From NCBI GenBank assembly GCA_028534125.1, contig CM052817.1:106704001-106768000 (forward strand): a stretch of 64,000 nt of DNA, given 5' to 3'. Of the stretch, positions 24,401-37,884 are shown one piece after another (positions within the stretch are counted from its first letter, which is position 1; every line of letters starts with the position of its first letter). The position numbers and the translations under genes are program-made. The DNA is from Lama glama. Lineage: Eukaryota. The notes under the pieces were generated by a model. That model was not told where the DNA came from. It saw only the letters and a list, made by a program, of their open reading frames with translations, and made no database searches.

Positions 24401-25949
24401 AGGGTTATTTACAAAGAGGGGCAAAAATCTATTGAACTTCACATTCTAACGTCAAAGGGAAAGAATAAACCTAACCCTGTTCCACAGCATCCTTTACCCC
24501 GGTCGCTTTCACATCTCCGTTTATATCATTTCCTCTTTTATTGGCTCTAAATCCCAAAGTCTAGTAACTTAGACCATCCTATTGGAGTACATTCAGTTTA
24601 GGAATACATTTTAAATCCAAATCGAGTACCAAAAAATTGAGAAATGATTAAGTCAAAACTCTCCATCTTCCATCCAGCTCTAAACTCTTAGAGAGCGCTG
24701 AACTTCATACTTTTCATCACTGTACCAGTGTGGGAGTAAAGGGCTCTTCCCCAAGACCCCCTGCACGAGATGATGGGTCAAGGATGCTATGCATCTGCTT
24801 TGTGGGCACTCCCTGGCTGCCTGTGGCCACGAGTCTACTCATCCCATCTGACCGCTGGTCCTAGCATCCTGTAGCTCACTCTCCAAAGTGACATTTAATT
24901 GCACAGCATCCTGGGGTGGGTAATGCCATGGAGAAGTGACACTGCCTTCCCTTCAGTCTAGTCATCGGCCTCTGGATATCTCACCGAGGCTGATTTTTTC
25001 TTTAATTTTGTCAGTCTGCTGCAGAGACAGCACACCCTGCCAACTCCAGTTCCAAGGCTCACTCTGGACTCCCAGGAAACCCCATCTATCCTCATCCACC
25101 CACTGGTGTAAACTCAGGCTACTCCTAGGCATGCTTTCCTAGCTGTGCCATGCCACCGCTCCCCAAAGACCAGTGTGGAGAGTCCACCCAGTAAGAACGT
25201 GCCTTTGGGACACCCCCGGACCAAGAAATGGACACCAGTCCCTTGGGCTCAAATTGCCCCTGATTTTCCTGAAAGATACTTTGCACCACTTTGGAGCAAG
25301 AAGAGTTGAGAGCTGCCCACCTTCACCCAGTGGGAAGGAGGGGTTATGTACTAACGTAACCCTACTTTCTGGAAAGAACATTTTCTTCCAAAGAATCTTA
25401 TACATTTGCTCCAACTTAGGGAGAGAAAGGTGAGAACAAACGTTGATTTTACTTACTTAGCTGTCTCTCCTAGCTCAAAAGGGGTCACTGAACCCTCCAA
25501 TGACTCCTCTCCTTCCTCTGTGCTCAATAACCTGAGGGCAGGAGGGTCACAAGGAACTCAGCCCGAACACATGAATTGCCTAAGTAAACAAGCCATATGC
25601 CAAACTATTTGATACCTTTGTTAATATTTCTTTTCACTTTTCAGGCTACTGGGGTTGTAACTACAACCTTAAAGAGAAGAAAACTTTGCAAAACCCTGAA
25701 TGCCCCAGGGAGCATTACTCAGACTCCCTTTCTTTCTCTACACGGACTCCCAAGGTGAGTTCATCCAGCATCAGATTTGAAACCCCAGCTGTATAATGGT
25801 GACTCCTGGAAGCCCAGGCTCTCCCCTGAAATCCAGGCTTGTGTGTCTGAAGGCCTATTTGGTACCTTTCATTTGCCAGTTAGCTCAGCAAATACTCATC
25901 GATACTTCCCATTTGCAAGTCAGTTTCCGCGCTCATAGGAAGAGACTAA

Positions 25950-26350
25950 TTGCTTTACAGTCATGTAAAAAGTAACAGCCAGAAATGGATTAAATTTGTT
26001 TGCTCCATCAATGATACCTTGGCAAACATGCTTCTGAAAGCTAGCCAATCAGAGCCATCCTCCTACCTTTTACCGCCAGCCAATCAACAGAAGCCTCACA
26101 TCCATGAACACATTTCTGAAACTCAGCCTACCAACGTCCCCACGCCAGTAACCATGCGTCTCTGAGTTACCTCGTTCTTGCCACTAAATGTTCATCAATA
26201 CTTAAACTCCATGCTTCTCAATAATTCTGTATCAGATCAGCAGTCTTCTTTGTTTGGAGGGACCGTGCCTAGCAAATTGAGTTCTCCCTTTCTTAAATAA
26301 GTAATACATTCGCTTTTTTGATTTAGAGTTGAATGCTCAGCTCACACTTC
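25950..26350 (+). mobile_element. Probable degenerate LTR
   Basis: Repeated AGCCAATC (CCAAT) boxes and a poly(A)-like signal AAATAAGTAATA; family not recognised. Confidence 0.4.
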
Positions 26351-26569
26351 AGGAGTAATGCTGACGCATGTGGGTAATTAGCGATGTGAAACCAACATAG
26401 GATCAATAAAGCTACGATGAAGATAAGAGAGGGTGCTCTTAGTTAGTCTGTCCCAATGCTTATAACAAACACAAAAAGAGAGCTTGAATTAATTTCAGAA
26501 TGCCTGATGGCAAAAACCAAGCTCATCATGAAAGTCTTCCTATAATGGCTGTGTCTAGTGTGTATGGAG

Positions 26570-26975
26570 CATATTAGTTTTCTGGCACCACCTTAGCAAA
26601 ATATCACAGGCTGAGTGACTTATCTAATGGGACTGTATTTTCTCACAGTTCTGGAGGCTGGAAGTCCAAGACCAGGTGTGGACAGGTTTGATTCTTTCTG
26701 AGGTCCTTCCTGGATTTGTATCTCGATGCCTTCTTGCTGTGCCCTCACATGGTCATCTCTCTGTGGGTGCATGTGTCTGGTGTCTCCCCACGTGTCCAAA
26801 TTTCCTCTTCTTATAAGACCACCAGTCAGATGGGATCAGGATCCACTCTAAAGACCTCATTTTAGCTTAATCATCTCTTTAAGGACCTTATCTCCAAGTA
26901 CAGTTATATTCTGAAGTACGGAGTATTGGAACTTCAACATATGCATCTGAGGGGTACACAATTCAGGCCATAACA
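26570..26975 (-). mobile_element. MLT1B-like MaLR LTR
   Basis: TCTCACAGTTCTGGAGGCTGGAAGTCCAAG...ACAATTCAGGCCATAACA; exact 5-bp TSD TGGAG. Confidence 0.88.
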
Positions 26976-26980
26976 TGGAG

Positions 26981-27373
26981 ATACATAGATCCCCCATTAA
27001 TACTAAAAGGAATTATTCCCCCCAGATGCTGGAATTGCTGCCAGAACACAGCCTTTAGCTTGTCAGCCCTTGATGGGAATTGCTTTGCCTGAAAAATCTC
27101 CTTCCCCAAGATCCTCAGAGTATTTCATATCCCAAGAAACAAGCAACAGGACACTATAAAGAGCCAGCCCCTAGCTTCAAACTGACGTGACTCTCTCTGA
27201 AGTTTCATCTTAGCTTCAAAGCAACCTAAGTGCTTCACATATAGGACTCTCCCCCCACCCAGTCCTGCCTCCTTCCCTCCCCCAGATTTGATTCCAAGAG
27301 TACTTCCCAGTGCGTTTGCAACTCATTAATCTCTGTCTCCAACTCTGTTTCCTGGAAGACCCAGCCTCTGACA
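26981..27373 (+). mobile_element. LTR16-like ERVL LTR
   Basis: CCCCAGATGCTGG...AATCTCTGTCTCCAACTCTGTTTCCTGGAAGACCCAGCCTCTGACA. Confidence 0.6.
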
Positions 27374-28630
27374 TTTCTGAAACAGAATTCTGATTACATT
27401 GGAAAATTTTCGTACAGACAAATTATTTAGAGTTCACCGAAAATGATATTCCACACAGGGTTATGGAAACGGGATGGGGTGTTTGAATTTCCTTAAATAA
27501 TAGTACATTCATAAAAATTGTATATCGTAAGTCAGAAATTTGGGTCCCTTATGGACTGTTTGCATAAAGTTATTACATGTAAATGTTTTTAAGAGATGAT
27601 GTCTACTTAGATTATCACCGAAGTACAGAGATTTTAGCTTTTGATAAATTTTCCCCCGAGTATATTTTCCTCCTCTTACTTAAGTGGAGCATATGGTGCT
27701 TGATAGAATGTGAATTAAACAAGGAAACTACTCAGGGATGCAAAAATTCTACTCTGCTCAGCTTCATCTGCTTATGCAGAGGAGCGGGTGTGGTGGCTGG
27801 GAGATGCCTGGGATGTGAGGAAGATTAAGACTTGTCCTTGTCCATGCACCCTCACTGCGACTGAACTTCCAAAGAGCTCAGGACAAACGTTTTCTCTCTG
27901 GATCCAAATGAAGATCCAGCACTTCCAGGCATATAATTTCAGGGAACTGACCAGTAGTCAACTCCCAAGGCAGATGGCTCACCAGAAACGCCTTCCCTCT
28001 AGAATGAAGCTGAGCCTCTAAGTGAACAGCCCCCCTCCCATCCCACCCCTCGAATCATGAGCATCTACCATATCTCTGTATATACCATAACATGCTATTT
28101 TGCCTCCATGGCTTTTGTTTTTGGGAATTACTCCAAATTGTAGTCTGACTTTCCATATCACCTTAAAGAAAATGATATAATCAGATGGCTTCTGCCACGG
28201 TGTTCCCTGGACCCTCTGTGCCCACCACCACCAAAAACACACCCAAACACTCACGATATACACGCTCTCCCATGAATGTGTTAGCAAACAGAGGCACACA
28301 GCCTAGCGGTGGGAAAGGATCAGGTGGCCCCATACAAACTTCTTCCCCGTGAACCAGCGATGAGATTCATCAGCTACTTGGTATGAAATTAGTATTTTAA
28401 TAAATTTGGCCAGTTGCCTTCTTCTTGAAGTCACATAGCCATTATTAGACAACAGACTCCCAGAGGAGGAAGAAAAACCTTCAAGGACCTGCAATACATT
28501 GGGCAAACCTTGTCATTAACAAGACCGCCACTCAGATCTCCAGAAATAATCACCTTAACTATCAGGCACAGAGAATATACAGAATGCAGTAGGCTGCCAT
28601 GTTGATGTCACCTGTCTAAATATACGACAT

Positions 28631-28900
28631 CAGTGCTTCTCGAAGCATCTGTGGTAGGAGACCAGTTTTGTTTGCTTTAATCTACACTCCACTTTTTGTA
28701 TTGGTGAACAAAGTTTTGGTCTATATCGTATTCAAGGCGATGAGTCCACTCAGATGCTAGGGTGTGTTGAAAATGTCAAATTGCTAATAAGACATTTGTA
28801 TGCCCTGGCTCTGAATCTCCCCACTTACCTTACTGCAGACTGGTATCTAATCTTACTGTGGACTAGCCCGGGTCCACGATGTCACTCTGCGTAGCACAGC
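28631..28900. mobile_element. hAT-Charlie MITE fragment
   Basis: Termini CAGTGCTTCTC... and ...CACTCTGCGTAGCACAG resemble Charlie-type TIRs. Confidence 0.5.
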
Positions 28901-29339
28901 TCTGTGTAATCTGTGAGCCATTGGAAGGAAGGTGTGAACCCCACTGCATCCCGCCTCTGTCTCACTGAGAACCAAATGGAAATCGATGAAAGCAAATTAT
29001 TTTACATAGGCTTAAATGTTTAAAAGCCATCTCCCTGACATTAACAAAAATTAACGTGGCAATCCGCCTCTATCTCTCATTTTTTTAATAATTTATCTGA
29101 AGTGGACGTAAATCTTAAACAATAAAGAAATCCATCTTCTAAAAGCCATCTCTTTTTTAAATTCTGAAAGAATCGTTGATGGATCAGTGTTAGTTCAGGA
29201 AGTACTTACCTAAGGCCTAGGGCATGTCCTAGGTTCTGCACTTGACATTGGGCTGGCTTAACCTGCTGTTCATGGCAAATGAGAGATCTCAGTCACTAGA
29301 AGAAAAGTCACATCGTCCTTAGTGGGTCTGTGAGGGCCC

Positions 29340-29520
29340 TTCCAATAGCGACACTACCAATCAATTAGCAATCAGTTGCTGAACTAGAAAAACTCAGTTC
29401 TCACAGGCTGTGAGCTAGGCTTTACCACTGCCATCCGGCAGGAAGCCATCAATCATCAGCTTCAACCTGCAGGCAGGACCCCGCCTTTGATCTGTGCAAC
29501 GCACAGGTTTAGACACCCAA
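29340..29520. promoter_or_regulatory. Candidate enhancer (TCF/LEF, PBX-like, GC-box and ETS motifs)
   Basis: CCTTTGATCT at 29484-29493, overlapping CCCCGCC, with ATCAATCA and CAGGAAG nearby in non-repeat DNA; motif evidence only. Confidence 0.3.
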
Positions 29521-32139
29521 CTGAGATTTCACAATGCTTCATATCACATCACATGAATTAGTGAAGTGTATTTGCCAAAGGGATCATTTTTTTTAATTAA
29601 AGAAAGAAAAGAATTTTAGTGCATCTGCTTAAAGTCAACAGAGAGCTCTTTCACAGTTTGTCAGTTTTGCTGGTCAATAGCCAGTCTGGTGCATTTCATA
29701 AGGATCAGTTTTGACCCTCAAATATTTTTTGAGTGACCAGTTATAATTCCAAATCTTTCCTCAATGATGGAATAAGATATACTGTAGCCAATCATTTGCT
29801 TCCATGGTACAGTCTACAAGCTGGCTATTTTTAAAGGAGAAGAAAAAGGTGTTGGCATAAAATAGCCAAAAGTCTAACTTCATATACAGAAAAGTTTTAA
29901 AGGGGAATCTCATTGAGACTATGGGATAAATATACTTAGTTAGAGAAAAGCCAAGTGTGCAGTATATGCTTGGCTAAAATGAAAGTTCATAAGTGGGACT
30001 TTTCAGGAAGGAATGTGTAGGTAACTTACATTTTGCTTTAATAAATTTTAAATAATTTAAATCTGCACCAAGTAAGAATATCCAATTAGCTACTTAAGAA
30101 AATAAAACAATGACCAAATCCCAAAATTTTAAATCAAACACAACTGGCCCAATATAAAGTAAAGGTACATCCATACTTAGAATATTATATAGACATACAT
30201 ACTTAGATATATGATGTCTAGTATGTTGAAAATACTATGAGAAGATTTTTGATACAATATTATGAAGAAAAAGCATGCTAAAAATATCTATTTATAGAAC
30301 AGTTTCAATCGTGGTAAACAAAATGGCATAAAATATATTAACCTCTTAATAGCCAGCAATAATTTTCAGAGTTAGAAGTACTCAGGGTTAACATTATTTT
30401 CCTTTTTTTCCTCTTGATGGTCTGTCTTAAGGATATTATTTTGGTAATTGGGAGGGAAAGTGGGGAATTTAACTTTATTCAAAAAATAAATAAACAATTA
30501 TAAATTGGTAGAAAAATAAAGCTGATAAGGGCATGACTATCCTTTTTAATTGGCTAGGAAATAAAAGTGAAGTGCACTGTAATTTTTTTAAAAAGCAAAT
30601 TAACTGAGTGGTGTCATGTTTCAAATGGTAACAGTATTAACAAGAGGATCCAACTGTCATCGAACAGTTTCCCATAGCTCTAATCTCACCCCTGTGCCTT
30701 TCTCACAAGTCTTAGGACACGGTCAAGAATATTCCCTTTGCCCATCTTTCAACTTAAAAAGCAAATTAATAATTTGGTCTTCTACTCTCATTTACTAAGC
30801 AAATTTGCCTTAACAGCTTTCTAATTGGCTTCATTGGACTTCAGAACACAAAAATCCCACTTCCCTTAGATTTCCCTCAACCAGGAAAAAAAAAATGTCC
30901 TCACACTGTGTTTCATTTTCATATTCCAACTAAAGAAAGATACATTAATAAATCTGAATTTAAACTTACCCTTTATCTCTTAGATTTATCCTGTCTGCTT
31001 TATGGCACATTCTTAAATGTAATGTGTAATCCTGAACCCCACAGAATGCTTCATATATTTACCAATATCCTCTTAGTCTCTGGAAACCTTATCCTTATAT
31101 TTAGGTTAACTAGCATAAAGCCACTTTATGTAAATTCAATTCACATTTAAACCGAAAGAGATTATGTATCATGTTAATAAAACAGGTCTTATATTAATGC
31201 TCTGATATTGGCATAAGTAATACCTCAGTTAACATTTGATGTGTTAATAATCAAATCTCTATTAACAAACATTATCTACATGTACCAGATGTTCAGTTTA
31301 AAGTTATCTCTGTCTCCTGCCAGAATCCTTTGTGGTATTCAATATCAATTATTATAGCAAAGTTGAGATTACAGCAAACGAGAGAGAGAGCGATTCTGTC
31401 CTGGACACATTGAGCACATACCACGCCTTGCTTAGCAGTGGTGACTGGCTTTCCTGGCACCATCTTTGAAGAGGATCAGACTTTGGGTGGTAAATAATCC
31501 AAACCCCTGTCTCCCACTCATAGCTGAAACTCATTTACATATGGGGGTGACATCATTAGAATGTCCATTTGAGCTGTCAGGTGACTGCGCTTCCATGAAG
31601 AAACATGTTAGCCTTATATAGTAGCAGTGTGTACAAGAAAACCAAAGTCCAAGGTAATTTAAAGTAAAATGCTCTACCTCTTATTTACATAAAGAAAGAA
31701 GACTCAAAAGACTTGCGAGGAATATTATTACTCAGAATTAGTGATTTTGAGGAGAAGAAGTGAGCAAGCAATTTTATGACAGAAAAATGCTGTAACAGCC
31801 TGAGGCAGATTGAGTGTAGTTTGTTGATTGAAACAAGCACTAATATCAAATTTGTTATTTCCATGAGTTCTAATAAGCTTAACAAAAAATATGAACTTTA
31901 TTAGTACATAGAGATTTGTGTAGTTTCTCCTACTTCATAATAGATAATGTTCAAAACTCCTATAAGTCATTAGAATAAGAATTTTATAAGTAATTAGAAA
32001 AAAATAAAACTTGGCAAATTAACAAATCACTTATATCCTAAATGCAAATTGGGAATAATAAAATTTACTAAGTTATACATATGTTTTCAAAACAATTTAA
32101 TGTAATTTATTCCTTATAAAATTAAAAAAAAAAAGAATC

Positions 32140-32530
32140 CTCTCCAAGGGTCCCCAGTCTTTCTCATGAATAATGAATCTTCTGAGAACACTGCATAGCC
32201 TTCCATTAGTAATGTTTCACTCCATCAATAATCATTGATTGTGTGTGCCTGACACTTGGACTGTGCTTGGATGGATAGCTTGTCCCGTCTCTTGTACTCG
32301 TGCCTTGGCCACAAAACACACCCAGTCTAGCCTGCTGGAGGCTGAGAAGCTCATGTTGTGGAACTCAGTTGCCTCAGTCACCCTAAGGCAGCCTAGCTCA
32401 GCTCTGGAGCATGTGAGAGATGCCAGCAAAACCCAGAAGAATCACCTGGTCGACCCTTGTCTGATCTCAATGCATAGGAAATAAATGCTTCATACTGTAG
32501 ACCTGTGACCATTTATTGAGCAACTGCTAA
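32140..32530 (+). mobile_element. Degenerate MLT1-type LTR
   Basis: CCCAGAAGAATCACCTGG...AAATAAATGCTT resembles an MLT1 3' end. Confidence 0.5.
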
Positions 32531-32562
32531 GACACAAAACCACTAAAGAGAGCAGATGAGCA

Positions 32563-32742
32563 GGTGGAGAGAGTATAGCTCAAGTGGAAGAGTGCATGCG
32601 TAGCACACACACAGTCCTGGGTTCAACCCCCAGTGCCTTCTCTAAAAATAAATAAGTAAACCTAATTACCTCCTCCCTAAAATAAATAAATAAATAAATA
32701 AATAACAAGTGCAACACGTTTGAAAAAAAGTTTTTAAAAAAG
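32563..32742 (+). mobile_element. tRNA-Ala-derived SINE (vic-1-like)
   Basis: A and B boxes, (TAAA)n, T-run then A-run; TSD AGAGAGCAGATGAGCA / AGAGAACAGATGAACA. Confidence 0.92.
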
Positions 32743-34239
32743 AGAGAACAGATGAACAATACAGAAACTTTTTATATTAAATATGAAGGAAAGCTTATAT
32801 CCCAACAAATTACAATGAAGAAGTAAAAAGCTAACTTTTTCTGTGTCCAAAGCAAGAATCTGGCATTATCTCCTAAAGAAGATATTTCCTTTCATATTAA
32901 CCCAGTATATCAATAATTACTTTTCTGTTCCTTTCCAGCTAATCATGGTAGACTACCGTCTCCAAAGTTTATTATTCTTTACATTAGTTTGTTTATCAGC
33001 CCCTGAGAGGGGAAAAGAAAAAAAATATATATATATGTATATATACACATATACATATAAGGGATGTATGGGACCATGAGAATACTTTTTCTACAGCTGG
33101 ATTATGAAAATCTCTAAAATTCCAGGATTTATGGCGACTACCCTATGGATACCATCAAGTCTCATAGCTCATTTATTGAGATTATAAAACATGGGCCTTG
33201 AATGGTATAAGCAAGTCTCCTGAATAAAACAAATGTCAAAATCCTCTCCTACTCCTTTTGTTACTAGGGTCGTCATAGTAATAGAAGAGGGAAGAGTTGG
33301 GCAGAGAGGGGAATCAGGTGATATTCATAATGATTTGAGTTTATAAAAATAATCTGTTCAAGTTTCTTCTCTGAGAGACGTGTGGGCTGAAACAGTGCCT
33401 GTCTTCCATGGTGTGGGGGGAAACTGTGGATCATACAATTCTCTTGGTTTGTGTGGGTCCAACACGTTCAGGTCCTTTGGTTGTGCATCGGAGCTTCAAG
33501 AGTCATGGCTACTGAGGAAATAAAGCATGGTAATGGGCAACACTGTGTGTAAAATTTAGCGGAATATCATGTTTCACAAAATATACACATATCTCTTTAT
33601 TTTGACCTGAAGTCAAGAAAAAATACCTTATGAAAGCATATAACATAAATCAATCTTAAGTATCAGGTGGCTTTTGTGCATTTTTAGAAATCAGTGAGAT
33701 GATTAGTGCCTAGCTAAACAAATCCAGAATTAGACATTGGCCTGAGGTTTAGCTGGAAGTTTTGACTCCAGATTAAAGTGTACTTTCCATTCGAACCCAA
33801 GAATTATTTTTAAAGGAGAGAGAGGTGTTACTTTATCATAATCTATACATTCTTGATATGAAGCATTGGGCCCCCTATGATCAGATTTTTATCAAATATG
33901 TTCTGTAGAACCAGCTAGTCTTTATAATTTAATGTCTCTTTATTTTATTTGGATTGGTCACAATTATGTCCGAATAAGTTGTTTGAGCAAAAGAGCATTC
34001 CATTTCGAGTCACTGAGGTTCTAGAGGCTTCAATGATTTAGTAGGACTGTTAGTAGACTTAATGTTTTTAATACTCAAGACAACAAGTCTATGCAACAGA
34101 GTTTAGAAATGATCTCAGTCAATCATGTTTAGTGGCTGAGGAGAGTACATACATTTTTACTTAAACATGTGTCCCCACAGACAATCTTTGTTTGTACACC
34201 CTAAGAGATCCTCTTGCCCCTGAGGATGGCTAATAGAAA

Positions 34240-34975
34240 TCCTTTGTGAATATCCTTTAAACACCTCAAATTCTGCATATCCAAAATAAACCACTTTCTA
34301 CCACAACTCGCTTCACATCTCTTTTTGTCAACTCAGATCTACTGGTATCTTTCAAGCACAGAAGCCCCCTTCTCCCCATGATTCCACACTATTGAAAAGT
34401 CACAGATCCCTGTACACTTTCTTCCTTCTCCCAAATATTCCTGTCTTTGTTTCCACCCCTATAGTATTCAGCTGGTGTCTCCTCATTTCTTACATATGTC
34501 CCTGCAGTAACTGTTTCCAGATTTCCCCAATTCTGCTTACCCACCATTCTCAATCTAGCCCCGACTCTAAATGACAAACATCACACTGTCTTGCTACATT
34601 TTGAAAATCCTTCAAGAGCGCTCCCTGACTTGCCCTTGCCTTGAAATTCTTTGTGATCTTCAGTCCGTAAGTACATGTCTGATGCTACTTTCCACCACTC
34701 ACTTCCCCCTCCTCTCCATCCTTGGAAATTCCTTACCAACTCTACTCCATAATTCTACTCCTTGTCTGTCCACATGTTCCAGCTACCTCCAACTATCATT
34801 CCTACCTTTTCATCTAACTTCCTTCAGCTCCTACTGGTCTATCAGAACTCCCCTGAAACACCACCTCCTCCATGGAGACTTCCTTATTCATTCTTATTTA
34901 GAGACACCTTCCATCATGCTTCCCACAACACCCTCTAGACCCGTAGCCACACGTAATGGTATCTTTAAATGAATG
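34240..34975 (+). mobile_element. L2 fragment
   Basis: ACACCTCAAATTCTGCATATCCAAAATAAAC... in pyrimidine-rich L2-like sequence. Confidence 0.55.
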
Positions 34976-35119
34976 GATGCTCTAGGAGCGAAACACTGCA
35001 CATACAGCTTTCTTCAGCATGAAAATGAAATAGCAGCATTTTAAAACTATCGCTTTTGTTACCACAAGGATGTCAAAGCTGAAACAGAATAAATACATCA
35101 AGGACAGTAAAACAACCAT

Positions 35120-35260
35120 GACCAGGAACGTGTGCTGTTTCTCAGGCACTGGGCTAAGGGCTTCATTTACATGGATTATTTAATTCTCACGATACTCCAT
35201 TGAGTTTTACTGTCACTATTCCTGCTTTATAGATGAGCAAATGAAGACAGAGAGGTAAAT
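35120..35260. mobile_element. MIR
   Basis: CAGGCACTGGGCTAAGGGCTT...TTTAATTCTCAC...TTTATAGATGAGCAAATGAAGACAGAGAGG. Confidence 0.7.
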
Positions 35261-36699
35261 CTGATCATCGACCCAGAAATGCAATGCCATTAGCCATTTT
35301 TCCTGTGAAAGAGTTGTCAGCATTCCATTTGACACTTAGAAAGGACAAGAGTCAATGTGTACAAGTCAACTACGTCAACTTTCATAAGCCAAAGTCAGAT
35401 TTGTTATATTTTAGAAGTTTTATTCAGTCCTGAAGGCCGGTAGACACTTTTCTTTGGTGTTCAAGTTCCAACTGTTTTGCACCAAGGAATCAACACATTA
35501 GTTTAAGAAATATACACACCATGTTACTGAATTCAAACCATTTTTATCATCAGTTATTTGCAACTGTATAAGGGGAAATGGGCTTTTGAAAATGTAAACA
35601 GTACTTCAGTGACTTGTGTGTTTAAATATTTTTACAAAATATTGAAAGTAAGTGATGAGTTATGGCATAGCGGTCCCTATCATGATCTGGAAAAGCTCTT
35701 GGTTAAATAAAAGCGCGTGTGTTTGGCTTTTCCCAGGTGTGAAATTTAATCTGGAGTTATCTAAGATTCTAAAAACTAAGTTGACCTCAAGAGATACATT
35801 TCTGTTATCTTACTTACACACACACACACAAATCCTTAAATTTTCTAACCCTAAACATCCCAGCAGAAGGTCTCAGCAGGGTGCTTCATGCCACGGACCA
35901 TGTATTTGACCTTTGGGCCTGTAGAAGAACAAGATGTATGAGGTCTAAGAACTTGCTTCACCTGTACACCTTTATCATCGAAACTATGGATGAACCCCAC
36001 CAGAAACTTTGAGTCAACCTGCTGTTCAGTGAAAATGAATTATGAATGAGTTTGTCAGTAGTTGAGAACAAAACATACATCATGGAATGTAAGTCAACCA
36101 GTTATGTTGTTGTCTAATTCTCGATTAATATTTTTAAAAGGGCATTTGACTACAATGTTATAGTTGCTGCTCTATTCAATCATCTGTATGTTATTGAGAC
36201 AAATACATTTTTTAGTTTATCTTTATCGTCGTCTCTTCCCTTCTTACACGTTTCGTCAGGAGACCAAAATCCTCCTCGGTTTCATTCAGCTCAGCTGAAG
36301 CCCTTCCATCTGTTATGGCTTTAAAATACTTCAAGTGTTTTCCATTCAAGGTCAAGACACAGCAGAATGATATACCTCAGCCATTCAATTTTTAAAAAGA
36401 GAGAGAAAGAAAGAAACGGCATATCATGTTTCTATTGTCAGGTGCTTTCAGTGTGATGAAAACGTATTGCACACTGGTGAGCTTCAAAAGGTCACTGAAT
36501 AGAAGGCTTTCTTCTTCCCTTTTTCCCATTTCACATGCCACTGCAAGCTCATAGCATTAAGCTTCCAGACAGGGCACTTGATTCATGGACTCCTGCATTT
36601 CCTCTCTCCTTATCATTCATTCCTTTATTCAGAAAATTCCAAACCAGAGTCAGATAATCAGCAAATGAGTTCAGTAGGGAGAAGCAAAGCTACCATTTC

Positions 36700-36900
36700 T
36701 ATTTTTATTTTTTACTGAAGTCTACTCAGTTTACAGTGTTGTGTTAGTTTCCAGTGTACAGCATCATGTTTCAGTTATACATATATACATATATATTCTT
36801 TTTCAGATTCCTTTCCATTATAGGTTATTCATTTCTTGTCCTATACAGTAGGACCTTGTTGTTTATCTATTTTATATATAGGAGTTTAGTATCTGCAAAT
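36700..36900 (-). mobile_element. Short L1 3' tail
   Basis: TTTTTACTGAAGT...TATACAGTAGGACCTTGTTGTTTATCTATTTTATATATA. Confidence 0.85.
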
Positions 36901-37154
36901 CATTTTATGCAAACCATGCTTATGTGTCTGAGTTTTAACAAGAGCTTCAACTCCACAAAAAATCAATTAACTTCATCATTATATTTTTTTCTCTCTCCAT
37001 GCTCTCAGGTCCCAGCTTAGTGAAAGACAAGAAATAACAAAGCATTTCATGGGAGAGTTAGTTCCCATTTTTGCTTTGCATCTGAAAGCATATGCAAGAA
37101 GGTTGGATAAGCATTTGAGGCTGGAGGTGGACAGAATGGCTCACATCACACTCT

Positions 37155-37645
37155 TGAAGCGTTCCGATGCTAAACCACCCTCAAACATCCTTTGATCTGA
37201 CGTGGCTCAGAAGCCCTTGTTCCCTCTTTCTACACGCAGTCACATTTTATCCCGGGCGCTCTGTGAACTGCTCATCCGGCTCTTTGCAATACCTCCTGGA
37301 AATGAAAGGAAGCAATTGACTTTTCCACGAGTCGGGCTGCCATCTGTTAAGGGCAGATCTCCAAATCTGCTTCAGAAGTCAGCTTCCTGCTTCTTGCGTT
37401 CTTCCCCGAGCTTAACTGGAGGCATTAACCCCGCTGTGGGGCTTCATGGCTTCCACCTGATAGGCTGCCGGGACAGAACAGGAGAGCAAGAAAGCGAACG
37501 ACTGCTTTCCCACGCAGCAGGGAAGTGGATGGAGTCCAAGTGTGAGAAAACTTCCCCGGTCGGCTGGACCATTCAGATCCAGCTAGAATACTTTCTAATC
37601 ATCATGAGAACAATTACCATTGTCATATTCCAAACCATGCACGAC
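37155..37645. promoter_or_regulatory. CpG-enriched patch, candidate enhancer or promoter
   Basis: About 19 CpG in about 480 bp (hand count) against a CpG-depleted background; TCF/LEF, TGACGTGG and GGAAGT motifs. Confidence 0.4.
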
Positions 37646-37884
37646 AGCACTATCCTTTTGCTATAAACTCTCTGTTGGCCACACTGTAACTAGGAAACCA
37701 TCTACTCTAGATTTTCTCCCTCACTGCAGATGACCTCTGCAAAGAGAGGAAAACCTGCCCTGGACAGCCCTGCCTGGAAAGGCAACAGGACCCCCTCGGG
37801 GCAGGAGGTACAGTCATCTGACATCCAAGTGCCCCTGAGGTGGCTTTAGCTTTGGTTCTACACTATGAAATCTTCCGATTACTC

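Noticed and set aside
25645..25754. Plus-strand exon (ttttcag|...AAG|gtgagt)
   Set aside because: The donor lies inside an L2-like fragment and I found no supporting partner exons.
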